From assembly GCA_001949185.1 (NCBI GenBank), contig BDGG01000010.1:1001773-1065772 (forward strand): 64,000 nucleotides of DNA. Direction: 5' to 3'. Source of the stretch: Ramazzottius varieornatus. Taxonomy: Eukaryota; Animalia; Tardigrada. How positions within the stretch are numbered: the stretch's first letter is position 1; each line of letters opens with the position of its first letter. Shown one piece after another: positions 12,194-25,751 of the stretch. The notes beneath the pieces were generated by a model, which did not search any database, was not told where the DNA came from, and worked only from the letters and a program-made list of their open reading frames with translations. A program made the translations under genes and the position numbers.

Positions 12194-15039
12194 TCAGCTG
12201 GTATCATCAGCATGTCGGCCACAGTGTGCATCTTCACCATGAGAACTTCGAAGAACTGTCTCGATGAGGATAGGTTCTTTCCATAAGGGAAAGCCCAGTC
12301 TTGCTGGATCGATGTCTATAGACTCTCCCTGCTCGTCCACATGATCGGTCGATTCTGCTCGCATGCGGCTGATCTGCTTCAGCATGGCATGCGCCTCATC
12401 CTTGACATCACGGAAAACTTCAGCAGCTTGAGCTTCCTGGAATGCGTTATCGAAGAGCCGGTGCAGAAGGTAGTACTTCGAGAGGTACAGGTAGGCATGT
12501 CCCAAGTCTTCGGCATCGTCCCGGTCAGCCAGTGAGCCCAGCTGCTCCTCAAAGTGCGACTGAATGTCCGCGGTGTACTTCACATAAAGCTCGGCGGCCC
12601 GACCATAACGACCAAGCTTCTCGAATAATCTGAAGACGAAAACTGGTCGGACTATGTAAACTCTTAGTCGCAGTCTTGAAGCTTACCTGGCAAGCCGAAC
12701 GAGAGCTATGGTGTCACCGTCAACTTGATAGGATCTCCAGTAGCATCTTTCGGCATCGATGTTGTTCTCGAGAATCTGGAACGTGTCACCCAGCGCCAAT
12801 AACATCCGCGTATCGTTAGGACTAAATGAATACAATTAATTACAAGATAATGCAGGTTCGGAAAACAAACTCGACTAGATTGTTGGTACGACTGGCGCAC
12901 GTTCTCTGTGATACTGGCTGCAAACGTGCGCCACTTGGAATAACAACCCGGTCTTTGGTGAACTCTCAGTTAAAATGTAGGGAAGAATACGAGCTAATCT
13001 GTGACCGCTTGTAGAGCCGAAGGGAAAATACGGTTACCAGTATTCAAAGGCTTTCTTGAAGTAATACAATGCGGAAGAATGTGCGCGGAGTATCTCCAGG
13101 GTTTGGCCGAGGCCGTACCAGGCTCGATACTCCTTTGGATTTGCTTCTACATAACATAACGAGCATTACTTGTTAGTTCATTGTTTTGCAGATGGGAAGA
13201 AGGAAACTCTTACCGACTGCATTGTGGTATGAACGCATAGCGAGATCGGTCTGCTTGAGCTCAACCTGCTCGTGCCCAATCAGCGTCCATACATGATGTA
13301 ACTCAGGATTGTATCGTAGAGCTTTGAGGAAGTTTACAACAGCCTTGTCGTGTTCGCCCAACAGACCGTAAAAGTTTCCTGTTGATATAAAGACATGCAC
13401 AATAACGGATTAAGTCACAGTACGAAATGCTGCGGTATCTTACCCAGAGCGATACTGGACTCTGCAGTGAATCGGTCCGCCAGGTATATCTCACCGGCCA
13501 ACTTTCGCATTCGGACATGGTCGTCTATGATGAAAAGTAGGTGACTGTAGCTGTCGACATCGTTAATACGAAGAGGGTTGAAGAGCCTAGCGGATTCCAT
13601 GAAAGACAGAGAGTGATCGGGATCTAAAGATGGAAAAGACAAAAGTTCGATAACGTGAGTTACGAAGAAGCATCCACATAAAATGAGCTCGACTGGTTGC
13701 GTGCATATACCGATAGTCATTAGCAGTTTTCCCATCGCGTTATTCAGATCGGGATTACTGTGAAATCCAAGGTTCTGGAAGTTCTCAAAGGCCTCTAGTG
13801 CTCGATCGACTAGGCCGATATGAGCAAAGGCTTTGCCCAGGAAGAACTGCTTGAACCAGTAATCCGGAAGACTGGAGCTGACTTTGAGTATCTGCAGCGA
13901 ATAGTGAAAAAGCTCAATGATTAGCATTATTTGAACAACGCATACAACGCAAATTATGAACATGGCTTCACGAACCTCCGAGCGGTTTTCCAGCACTTCC
14001 GACAGTTCTAACCAGGATTCTAACACGGCAGGCTCAAGAACGATGGCTTCGACGAATGCTTTGATAGCGTCCGCAGTCCGGTTCCGTTTGCGAAGCAGTT
14101 TACCGAATCTAACAAGATACTTACTAGTAAAATACGGACAATCTCGTACGTTGGAGACGCACAATCTGTTTACAGGAACAAGAGAGGAGCGTCGGCTTTG
14201 ACGGCGCGTGAAGCTTCGAAGTGATCAGCGATCTCCGAGAGCAGCTTATCGTGAATCTGGGCGAAATGCTTCTTGTCGAAGGCTGCAAAAATAATCAAAC
14301 CAAGTGAAGCTTTAACGATCTCATATGCAAGTTTGAATGCCGCTTTACCATCCATGTCGTTTCTCGTGTAGTATAATGCGCCTGTCCGCTCTGTATGCAG
14401 ATGGCGGGAGAAGAAATTAAGGAAACGAAGCAACGGATCAGACGCCGTCTTTCCTTGCGTCAACCAAATTACTTCTTTATACTTCCGGAGGTTCATCGCG
14501 GAGTGGGCTAGATTATGTACGGGATCCAGCAGTGATTCCTGCAAGCCATACTTAGCCATAAAACCATCCGTCATTATACAGTGTCATGTGTGGACGATAG
14601 TTTATACTTTATACTGTACTAGCTATGTTTCATACCGATAGCGCATTCACAGCCGGCTCTTTCGTGGTAGTCAGTAACGGAGTCATTGCATCTGCTGCCG
14701 GTGGCAGACGGACCTTGAAGATGGTTAGTGGTGTGGATGTTGCCGGTTGCAGACCTGGAGTGTGCAGCCAGCCTGCTGAAATGTGGATATTTCTGTCTTG
14801 GAGTGGAGCATGTTGACCCGTCGTTGGTTCGCGATACGAGAGGAGCGCCGTTGAAGCCCTGGAACCACACAGTCTGACCATCTGTGGCTGCACATGCATA
14901 AAGAGCTGTCTTACCATTGAGCACTGATGCCCAGATGCAAGTTAGTGCAGAGCGTACAGGCATATCGGATATCGTCGGCGATGTTGGGGATGCCAGTCTG
15001 GTGGAGCGGATCAAATTCGGAGTGACGAGAGTGCGCCAT
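12194..15039 (-). CDS. CDC23: Anaphase-promoting complex subunit 8 (TPR protein), multi-exon
   Basis: N-terminus ..[20 protein letters not shown]; [37 protein letters not shown]; [15 protein letters not shown]; [14 protein letters not shown]. All are CDC23 signatures. Confidence 0.92.
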
Positions 15040-15948
15040 CTCGGTGTCCTAGTCTAGCGCAAGACACATTCAGGCTTTTAGCGCATATCAAGCAGTTAGT
15101 GCGTCACACCTAGAAGTGGTCAGATGGGAAAGCATACAAAGGTATTCGAAGGCGCTGCAAGTTAGCGACGGTAACTGGAAAATCTGGAGAACGAGAACAA
15201 AAAGCACAAAGTTTTGAAAACCAAAACAAATCGCTAAAATTCCTATGATTTTCTCGATTGATTGACAAAACCGTCTTGATCGTACTGCCTGCAGGATTTT
15301 TTGACCTACGGTGCTTACCTGCCATCGTCCACCCCCATTTTTACTGTGTGTAGCCCAACCATACCGCTTTGCTCCCAGCGAAGTCGTCTGGTTCGAAAAG
15401 AAGTCGAATAGAAAACACGGTAGTGAGGCTCTGGGGCTCTAATGTGCACCGGTTACCGTTTCTCCTTGACTTTTGCGGAGACGCCCGTATTCTTCTTCCG
15501 GTCAGATCTAGTGGCAGTTCTCCCTTCACATCCGGAGTCTATCCGGCGACTGTTGAGGATTACTTTCGTCCATCTGGATACAGGATTACTAAGTGAACTT
15601 CTTGAAGCAGCGCCGATCAAGTGCATGACTGCGTATAATTAGCTTTTCGCTGCTGAGATCATCGATCGATTTTGGCCACACGACAAATGCTGTGGTACGA
15701 CACTCTTTACGAATGATGATCAATCCAAACTTTCTTTGCAGACTTTATGACATAATCTCGTACTTCGGTCCAGTTCAACTTGATTCTTTGACCATCGAGA
15801 TCCTGCGAAGCGGAGACGACCCAGTGCATACGTTGCGGAATGGCTTTCTTCGTAGTTGTGGATGATCGCTAGCTTTGTCCGAGACTCGTTGCTCACAGGA
15901 GCAAAACGGAAGTACTTCACGAGATTCGATCTCTGATACTGCCAAGAC

Positions 15949-18526
15949 ATGGAGAAGCTCTTTCTAGTCGGAAAGGAAGCACAGAAGCTTCGACAAGCAC
16001 ATTTGGATGATGTTAACAGTCGAGACTCGCATTTACCGTAAGACTTAGTTGGAGTATTTTGACTGTATCTTCCAGTGTTTCCCTTTGTTTGGAGAATGAA
16101 CTTCGTCCGTTAACACTCGTATCTCCTTTCCGCAGTTACGTTTCCTTCACCTCGAGCAGCGGCAGGTACGAGAACTTGGACGAAAGTGGCGAAAATACTC
16201 TGCGCGTCGACGTTACCGGTGGACTTCCGGAGCGACGACTGCGACCGGAAGAGATTCTCCCCGATCCCGCCGCACCTCGTAAGTACCAGACTTACATCAG
16301 TTCACCTACCTCCGCACACTACAGTACTCCTTTTTGCAGCGACTTTTACGGTGGATCAAGCCGTTGACAAGATTGGCTTTGGGAAGTTCCAGCTAAAGGT
16401 ACAAAGCGTTTAGCAACTTCCGCCCGAGAAGATAATTCCTCTCTTAATGATATCTCAATTAACAAAGTTGCTTCGTTTTCAGCTTTCCTGCCTCGCTGGG
16501 TTTGCTTGGATGGCAGACGCAATGGAAATGATGATTTTATCGATTCTTTCACCGGCACTGAAATGTGAATGGGAGCTGGATGGCTGGCAGCAGGCTCTAG
16601 TTACTACCGTAAGCTAATTATTCCTGTTTTCTTTGGGCAACGTGTGTGAAATTTCTTTCATCCGCTGTTGCCTTGCACGACGGTCAGGTGACTTTTTAGG
16701 TTGTCTTTTGCGGTATGATGCTTTCAAGCGCGATTTGGGGCAAGATTAGCGACAAATACGGACGCAGAGTCGAACTGCTGATATGCTCCTTCATCACATT
16801 CTTCTATGGCCTAATAAGCGCGTTTGCACCGAACTTCCTGTGGCTCTTGTTCCTTCGAGGATTTGTGGGCATCGGGATTGGCGGTTCACCCCAGTCGTAA
16901 GAAATTTGATTTTGAAATTATTCATGTGTATACAGAGCTGGGCAGATTGACCCGACGAGAAGCTCTTTCAAGTGGCGCTCACTTTCAGCCAATAACTGTG
17001 AAAGCGTCTCAAGATATCCTCAATTTGGAATGTATCAGAATGGTTTTCTGCAGGGTGACGTTGTATTCCGAGTTTCTGCCGTCGAAACAACGAGCAAAGT
17101 GTTTAGTTCTGACCGAAGTTTTTTGGGCGCTTGGTTCATGCTTCGAAGTCCTTCTAGCGCTGTTCGTGATGCCGACTCTTGGATGGAGATGGCTTCTCGG
17201 CCTGTCGTCCATCCCTCTGATCATCTTTGATATCGCCTGTCTGTGGATGCCTGAGAGTGCCCGGTACTTCATGGCAAGTGGTCAGACGGAGAAAGCATAC
17301 GCCGTTCTGCAGAGGATAGCCAACGAGAACGGACAACCGATGCCACCTGGCGAACTCGTGACGGATGCAGGGAACTCGAAGGACACGGCGCCCAGAGGTC
17401 GCTTCAGAGACCTTGTGGGACCTGACATGCGAAGAACCACACTTCTCTTGTGGATCATTTGGTAAGCTTGCACCTTGTGCTTCAGTTTTGTGTAACTGTA
17501 GGCGTGAAAAGAAGCTGACTGAATTTCTTTGTTTGTAGGTTGGGCAATGCGTTCAGTTACTACGGGATCGTACTGATGACGACGGAACTTTTTGGGGCTG
17601 GTGATACCTGTCATGTTAGTCAACAAGCTGCCCTTCCGAAACCTCCCTGTCCATTGGAATGTCGTATGTTGAGTACGGCAGATTATTGGGACTTGCTTTG
17701 GACAACTGTATGAAACTCCCTTTGTCTCCACAACGAAAATAACTAGAAAATACAGTAATGCTTCCCGGTTTTCTATTCCAGGTTGCAGAATTCCCAGGTA
17801 CTGTCAGGAACTTAAAAAACCCCAGTGGATATTCATGAATTAAGCTGTTTGTAATTTTTCGTTTAGCTTTGTTTCTGACCGCTGTGATAATCGATCTTCT
17901 CGGTCGGAAGCGAACCATGGCGCTAGAGTTTATCGTATATTCCATATTCGTATTCCTCCTGTGTATCTGCACCGGACGAGTTGTAATGACGTTGTTCCTG
18001 TTCGTGGCCAGAGGCTTCATCTCTGGAGCATTCCAGACAGCCTACGTCTACACCCCGGAAGTGTACCCAACGTCCATGCGATCTATTGGCTTGGGCATGT
18101 GCAGCACCATGGCCAGAATCGGGGCTATATTGGCGCCCTTCAACTCGCAAGTCGTCTTGAATTACTCTGTGTATGGAGCGATATCCATATTCGGCTGTGT
18201 GGCACTCGCCGCTGCTGGTGCTTCGTTACTCTTACCAATCGAAACAAGAGGCCGCGAAATGAAGGTAAATAAACAGTGAACACTTTGGGATCAAACCTTT
18301 AGTCGAATTTGCCCACCTGCATACAGCGAACCATGTGTATATCATGGTTTATAAGTATGTAGGTTCGTGGCAACGCTGTGCGAGCCCAGCACACAGGCAG
18401 CCGTACTTACTGCGTATGGACGGGTATGCAGGTGGCTGATACTAAGCGAGTTTTGATCACAGTGTTTACTTGACCTGTCAGATTGACTACTTTTGCTTAT
18501 TTCAGGACACCCGGGTGATCCACTAA
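15949..18526 (+). CDS. SVOP: Synaptic vesicle 2-related MFS transporter, multi-exon
   Basis: [18 protein letters not shown]; [16 protein letters not shown]; [11 protein letters not shown]; VTLYSEFLP; PESARY; [20 protein letters not shown]; [10 protein letters not shown]. Start exon is less certain. Confidence 0.93.
18313..18435. repeat. Two tandem copies of spaced inverted repeat family 2 (CCTGCATAC-N29-31-GTATGCAGG)
   Basis: Directly visible; other copies near 8514, 9305 and 55673. Confidence 0.75.
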
Positions 18527-21350
18527 CAATAGAGAAGACTGAATAAGGTGATCTGACTACTAAAGAATTTCAGGTACGATTAAAAAAAATCTCGGAGGGA
18601 GGAAATGAATACTCAAGGAAGAAAGAAAATATTCCGGTGGCATTTCAGGTTGATAAGATTATGAATCTCGAATTTCCAAAAACTTATCCAGTTTGTTTCT
18701 CGTTTTAATTTTATCAAAATATCGTTTTTCCTTTGGGGAAAATACTCTGGCTAGGATGTTAATTTGTATTGATGGTTTCACAAGTTTTATTTTGACGTGT
18801 GTTTTTTTATCGACGCTGTTGATCTGTGTTCCATGTCAAGGAATCTCATTGGGGGAAGTTTTGACGGATAGTTTCAGTCCGGCATAATTTGTCTTATGCT
18901 TGGCAAGAATTTGGTGTTGGATTACATTGAACTGCTGGATGAAAAATGAGCTGGGGATGATCAATTGAAAGTGGCACTGCCAATATGGAGAAGGGCCACT
19001 GTCTACGTGCCTTCATAAAATATCCCATCAAAGGCAAGTTTATTTTGATTTCTAGTCAATTAGACAGGTGTCCTGCCGTGACGTTCGGCCATGTCCCCAC
19101 TGCAGCATGTCAACTTTAGTTGATTTTGGTGTCAGAAGGACCTCGCACAAACTGTCTGACCAGATCAACTGGCCGCTTAATCAGTGTTGTGGGAGTTCGT
19201 TTAATGTTAATTGGGATGCGTGATCTATATAATGATGAAGTTTTTTTGACAAGTGACTCCCGCCTCGGGTTTCTCGTGCTGTTTAGACATGTCGGAAAGC
19301 TCTCCATCCAAACCAAGTTTTTTTCCTTACGAGGAACCAAGATGGTCCTCAAAGAACAACAGCAGAAATTTACAATGAAACAACGGAATGGAAATTAGGA
19401 CGAGATTCGTCACGGAAAGTTTATGGGAAGCTAAGTTAGACTTTGGAGATTACTGCTCGCATGCGGAGGACAAGAGAGAAAAATAGCGAACAATGGCGAA
19501 TTTAGTATTGGATTAATTGTGGCGAGTTATCAGCGAAGTTAGTCTAGAGTAGCATCAGACATTGTTATTCATTAGGCAAGTGCGCGTTGGGTTCCCTTCA
19601 GACGTTACTTGATCTTGATAATTCGTCAACGAGGCGATCCATTTTGTGGCTTCTTGTCTCGTTTCTTTCCGAGCGTCCTGACAGTGAGCTGTCCATCTTT
19701 GATGGCCAATCAAGGTGTCAGTTACCTCTTGATGGAATTCGGATCAAATAGCTCGATGATATGCAACAAGGAAGTACTGTGATACACAGTAATAAGCCGT
19801 CCACATCCAGGCTTAGATGGTTTGGTGGTCCTCTGGAAACATGTTTACAAATCTTAATTCATTGTTTCGAAAGATCTGAAGGCTAAAAGAACGAGAGCGG
19901 GAGGGGAGAAGTGCGGACAAAGTTAGCACTTCCGACAAGCTGGAAGTCATCAGCGTTCGCGCATGATAACAACGGAATGTCGTGAGTGCTCCCTCGATGA
20001 CAAACTTCAATGGTCAGGTCACGAATGGAATCCTCCTGTCAGATAAATCGCGAACGCCTAATTAGCTTCTTGTTGTGTCCAGCAGTTAGGGAAAAATACT
20101 TACACATACTAATCTTATAATTGAAATTTTAATATGGAGAAGATATTAATGAACATAATATTTAATATCCTTAATCTCGCCCACACAAATTATATACAAC
20201 GTTCGTAGCAAAGTGGCGAGATTTCTTTGATACTGTCCTTTGGAAAAGTGTCTCAGTTGCAGCAAACAGTAACTTCTTTATTAAGCCGTGAATATACTAA
20301 CCTCTCCGCTCATTTTTTTTATTGTTTTAATATTGACCCAGAGTTCGGGATTATAGCGAAGAAACTACTGGCTGTATTTGACACGGGCATGAGTACACGA
20401 AGAATATTGTTTATGAAGTCCTAACTATGGCGCTGTAAAACTAGCGCATCAGAAGCGGTGGACGGGTACTGATGGGTGTTTTCCGTCGTCAGCGGCATCA
20501 GATGACAGTCATTTCGTTGGTTGTGTGGAAGACATGGCTTATGAGCTCGACATGTTTTCCTTCCTTCTCACTTTAACCCCGAAGTAAACTTTGAATTAGC
20601 ATCCATCCATTCTTCGGTCGTAAAGGCATTATGAGTGTAAAAGATGCCCACATATCCTTCATCCCGTCTCGACACATGTGCATGATGGTGATCCATCGCA
20701 TAGCACCTCCTCATCAACACTCGCCACCTCCGGTGTACTTCTTGATACCATGCTCAGCCTCATAACCATTTTCTTCACCAATGACAAGTCTTCATTCAGA
20801 CAAGGAAGTAGATGATCTACCCAGTTTCATTCGCGCACGACGTCTTGTTCATTCACCCATAAGACAGAAGACACACTTATGAGCGTCGAGCAGTGCGACT
20901 GCGTGCGCAAGTTGACCTGGGACTGGCATGGCGCTGCTCTTACGGAGTTGCGCATTATGAGCATATCTCTTCATGACAAGTGCGCGCGTTCGACGGAGTG
21001 CTGCCCAGATGTCCCGTATCAAATGGCGCACCCGGGAAAGTTACCACCTTTTCATTGAGCTTGTACGGTTTTATTGCACGATTGTGTCATGCGCAACTCT
21101 GGCGGGTGGATGTGGGAGGATCTTGAACTTCTTGCTCTTTCGTTTACATGTGAGAACTATCTGTGAAGCGAAGTGGCGAACTGTGAAGATTTCATTTGTT
21201 TGCTTGATGTCCTTTTCATTTGCTCCATTCTGTACTCGCGCGCGTGTGTCTTCTTATCGTCAACTTGTCTTTGACGCTCCTCGTTGACGCGTTCTCGGTT
21301 GTGCACCCGTCGGTGACCTTTTAACACTTTACTTAACAACTGAGTTTAGC

Positions 21351-24300
21351 ATGGACTCAACAGTTCCTTCGGGACTCTTCGGCAATGCCTTCTCGGCATT
21401 CCAGCGAGCCAACGGAACGGACTTCCGTTCATCGTACATCGACCCATGGATGAATCCCTTCCCGGTCGCCAGCATCAAAGAAATGGAAGGTTTGTTTGAT
21501 GTAATGAATTAGTATTAATGGTGCAGATCTATCATTTTGAAATTTTGGACTAATTTTCAGTTGATAAGAATCTTTTGCATGACATTTTTGATGGCCAAGT
21601 GAAACAGAAGTTTATCAAAGAAGGCGATCTTAGCCGATAATCACCACTTTGAGTATTTTTAACACGCTGCTGGCTTTTACGATGGGAATCGCAATAAACA
21701 TGCCGTCATCTTGCGTTGAACGAGATGCGTTCAGTCGCATGATCACCATGATGATTTCCCGTTTGTCGAGCGCTGCCCCAGATTTTCGAAAAGTCCATCT
21801 TGAATAATGTAAAAATTTTGAACTGGATTTTTCTCCCTTCGATGCTGTTTTTTATTGCCAAATCTCATATTTCGTTATTTGAAACGTATGATTTCTAGCG
21901 TGCCTGTTGAATGCGACGCAAGGATTGTCTTCGCCGAAAGACCGTATCATGGCCGAGCTCGCGGCCGATAAGCTGAAGGCCGACGAAAATCAACAGGCTT
22001 CGGAGCACGGGGATACATCGGATGGGGAATCGGAAGCGTCCGACGATGAGCGGTCGAAGTCCAGCAATGAGAAGACCTCCGTACCGTCTGCGGTGGAGGA
22101 AGCTCGCAAGCCGCTGCATCCAAAGCTGACCAACGTCAACACGGTCCTCGAGATGAAAGGTCTTTGGGATGAATTCAACGAACTCGGAACCGAAATGATC
22201 GTCACAAAAGTAAGGGTAAATTCATATTAATTTTCTTCAGTGAAAATACGGTAATTAGGAAACTGACACGAAATTCAATACGTTAGTTTACGAACAACGA
22301 AAGTATTTTGAGTTTAACTCGTTTTAGTCGACCTTAGTTTTTGGTACAGTAAATGAGAGAAATCCGAGTTGACGACAAAAACAACACCAAACGTTTTTGT
22401 TCAGTATTCTAACGGTTATTTTACGATGACCTTAAGAGGACGGTTAAACTTCCCATTTATTTTATGCTTGTATATTCTGTAGGCTGGTCGTCGAATGTTT
22501 CCCACATTTCAAGTAAAGCTATTGGGGATGGACCCATCGGCCGACTACATGTTAATGATGGACTTTGTGCCTGTTGATGACAAGCGATGGCGATATGCCT
22601 TTGGGAGCAGCTCGTGGGTTGTGGCTGGCAAAGCCGACCCGGTTAGTTAGCGCTCAGTAATACCCGAAGCTGGGCCGAGAAGTTCTTGAAATAGACTTCA
22701 CTTGTCTTGGTGTCATATTACACCCAATTCGATCTGGATATGACTCTTGTGTTGCAGAATATGCCACCACGAATTCATGTTCACCCCGACTCACCCGCTA
22801 AAGGCTTGCACTGGACCAAACAAGTTGTCAGCTTTGATAAGCTCAAACTGACTAATAACCAACTGGATGATCAAGGACATGTAAGAATCCTCCGAAGTTT
22901 AGAAATAGATTCTGATTTTAAGTCGTTCCTATATTAGTCCTCCTCACGACAGGCCGTAAAACTCCGTTGATTGTGTTGATCTTGAAAGTGGATTACGAAG
23001 TTTCGCTTTCAAGATAAGCAGCCTTCGAGTGGCTTATCTTGAAAGCGAAAACGGATTATTCTCTGCACACTTGACTCAAAATTTCAAATTTTCATTTCTC
23101 AGCTGATCTCTGTCTGCACAGTGCTTGACGTTGCGAGATACCGTTTCACGTATGGGCTTCTTGATATCTATTAGTGTCGGGGATATCGACAGACAGAGAC
23201 TAGCCAGAGAGAAAACCATGAATTTCAGCCTAATCAGGAGGCAAAGTTTGCCGCAATTTTGCCTCACTCACAACTAATTTCCGTTGATCAAGCAAAAATT
23301 TTAAATCAACCGTTTGCGATGTAAACAGCTCGTAGTGAGGAGGACTTTTTCTGGGTGGATTTGATATTGTCCTTAGTTTTCTGCAACAATACTTTCATTT
23401 TTCAGATCATTCTGAATTCAATGCACCGGTATCAGCCTCGATTCCACGTCGTTTACGTTGGTGGCAAAGATGAGAACTTATCATCAACCGAGAATTTCAA
23501 AACCTTCGTGTTTAACGAATGTCGGTTTTGGGCGGTAACGGCCTACCAAAATCATCGGGTGAGGGAACGAGGAAAATTTGCAACGTTTCACAGTGCAGTT
23601 TGAGGTATTCTGGACCGTTATAGATTACTCAGCTGAAAATAGCCAGCAACCCCTTTGCGAAAGGTTAGTTCGGGAATTAATTCTAACACAATTGATGATA
23701 CTATTTTAGTATTATAAAACAACAAATCGCGTTCATCAATTGTGTGCAATAATTTATTTATACGGTTATTTACCTTTTCGCACAGGATTTCGAGATTGCG
23801 ATGCAGATGACTGGTAAGAAAAATTTAATCACTCGTACGCATCAATTCTTCACGTTGGGCACCCAACGTGTTCTTTGAACAATCTTGTTGTACCGTTAGT
23901 AGTTCCGTCGCGGACGTCTTGAACAACGCCCAGTCAGGAACTCAGCGGCGTCCTGAATCGGTCCTGGGATCCATTTCCAACCGGGTGACATCACAGAACT
24001 ATCCTTCCTTACCCCAGTCAAGTGGCGCGAACTTCTATGGTCCCTTCAAGACTCCATCGAAAGGTAAACTCGGCTTTAGCCTGGTACGAATCGTGACGTG
24101 CCAGACGAACTCAACAAGATCGTTTTCTCCGAGTGGCGCATAGCTCAAGCAGATAATGGCGAACACATGCGCTGCTTGGGAAAACAATATGGGTGAGTTT
24201 TCTAAGTGGCGCACACTGTCAGCTAGTAACACCGCAACGTGCGCCACTTGGGAAACAATCTTACCGAGCTTCCAACTATATTTAGACTTCGTTTTATCCA

Positions 24301-24680
24301 TCCTGTTTGTAGACTCTTTGCCCAATTCGTCGGACCTGATGTCACGGATGTTTAACCCAGATCAACTGTCTTCCGGCCAGCTCAGTCTGCCGTCCACCAG
24401 CGGCAGTGGGTCTCTGTCAACGACGATGCAGTCCATCTCTTCGCCATCCTTCACCGGTATGCCGACCTTCTCCCCGTACGGTATAGACTCAAATCCGTAC
24501 GGGTCGAGCTTCTCGGGCGACGTCTGTAACTACATGTCCTCCGCATCTCTCCCTACTCTCCACAGTGCACGACCCACGCCTTACTCCAGAAACCCGACCG
24601 TCTATCCGTATGGGTACTACGGAAGACAACGCCCTTTCTCCGGCTACGACTACGCTGCATGCACCGGTTCGCAGTACTAA
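21351..24680 (+). CDS. TBX1: T-box transcription factor of the Tbx1/org-1 subfamily, multi-exon
   Basis: [21 protein letters not shown]|[49 protein letters not shown]; [18 protein letters not shown]; [19 protein letters not shown]; C-terminal RPTPY. Confidence 0.95.
23001..23050. repeat. Perfect 19-bp inverted repeat (hairpin) in a TBX1 intron
   Basis: TTTCGCTTTCAAGATAAGC-agccttcgagtg-GCTTATCTTGAAAGCGAAA. Confidence 0.9.
24124..24255. repeat. Two tandem copies of spaced inverted repeat family 1 (AAGTGGCGCA-N26-28-TGCGCCACTT)
   Basis: Directly visible; other copies near 12891, 16966, 43801, 46373, 56257, 60793 and 62779. Confidence 0.85.
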
Positions 24681-25046
24681 TATCCATCTCCCTTTGATCC
24701 ACACGCTCTACAATAAGATATCAATACTGTACGTGATTTCTGTCCTGCAAGTATAACAAGCCTAATTTGTAGGTGGCGCTCGCTAATGGTTATCTTCGGT
24801 GGTTTTTTTATACATTTCACCACGGAACTATCGTGCACTAGCTCAAAGCCTTGTACAGTATAATGAAAGCATAAAATTAGCGTAAAATTGCTGCCATTGG
24901 CTGTAACGGTAAAGATCAGTGGCTACCTCCGACCGCAAGTCGACATCTAGGGTAAATATCACAAAATTTGGCTTGGAGAACCTCACCAGAATAGCGCGGT
25001 CGAGCATACCAAACAAGGGTGGAGCCCTGCGTAATGCTGAGGACCC

Positions 25047-25751
25047 TTATTCGAGCTCGACCATGGTTCGGTAGGGAATTTCGCCGTCTTTCTTTCTTCG
25101 GAACGCCAGAACGAGCAGTGCAACAGACAGAATGATACCCAGGCCAATGCTTCCGGCGACCGCTCCTGCAACACAGTGAGTCGTTGAACCTTCTCCACGT
25201 ATAATAGAACCACAATCAAATCTTCTGTAACACACCTGCGGTTATTTGAGCTTTTTCCAGAAGTTGTGCGGATAGATGGTTGTCTTTATTCAGGCTGACA
25301 GCTCTGTCGACGTCCGGTAGAGACACTTCGGTCCGAGCATAGATTGCCGTTCCTACCAGGAGACCCATCGCAGCGCCTTGGGCCAGGGTGAATACGGACA
25401 GGAGAACGCGACTACAGGTTCTGGCAGCGATCTTGCCAGTGACACCGGTTACAAACATGTGGATACCAGAAGCCAGCCATATCCAGGCAGATACTCTGGT
25501 CAGAAGAAGGAGATGAGGATGTTCCAAGTGTTCTTTACCAGAGCTTGGAAACGTGGAGAGCTTGTACAGGCCCGTAAACAGAGAAGCCGCTGCAAGGATT
25601 TCGTAGTAGACGCAGTAGATGAAGACGAGAATCTGGAGGGTGAAGGTCGGACTGAAGAACCGCCACTGTAAACGGTAACAGGAACACTAGTACTCATGCA
25701 ATAAAAATCCATCCTATGTTCGATTTTGACAACTACCTTTGTTTCCTCCAT
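25047..25751 (-). CDS. Four-transmembrane (tetraspanin-topology) protein, 3 exons
   Basis: Spliced MEETK|WRFFSPTFTLQILVFIYCVYYEILAAASLFTGLY..IWLASGIHMFVTGVTGKIAARTCSRVLLSVF..ARTE|VCYRRFDC..IGLGIILSVALLVLAFRRKK..YRTMVELE*. Four hydrophobic segments; the second donor (GTGTCT) is weak. Confidence 0.6.

Noticed and set aside
18693-21339. Short ORFs upstream of TBX1 (similar ones at 46429-47758 and 51468-53479)
   Set aside because: No motifs or coherent exon chains; most likely UTR or regulatory DNA.
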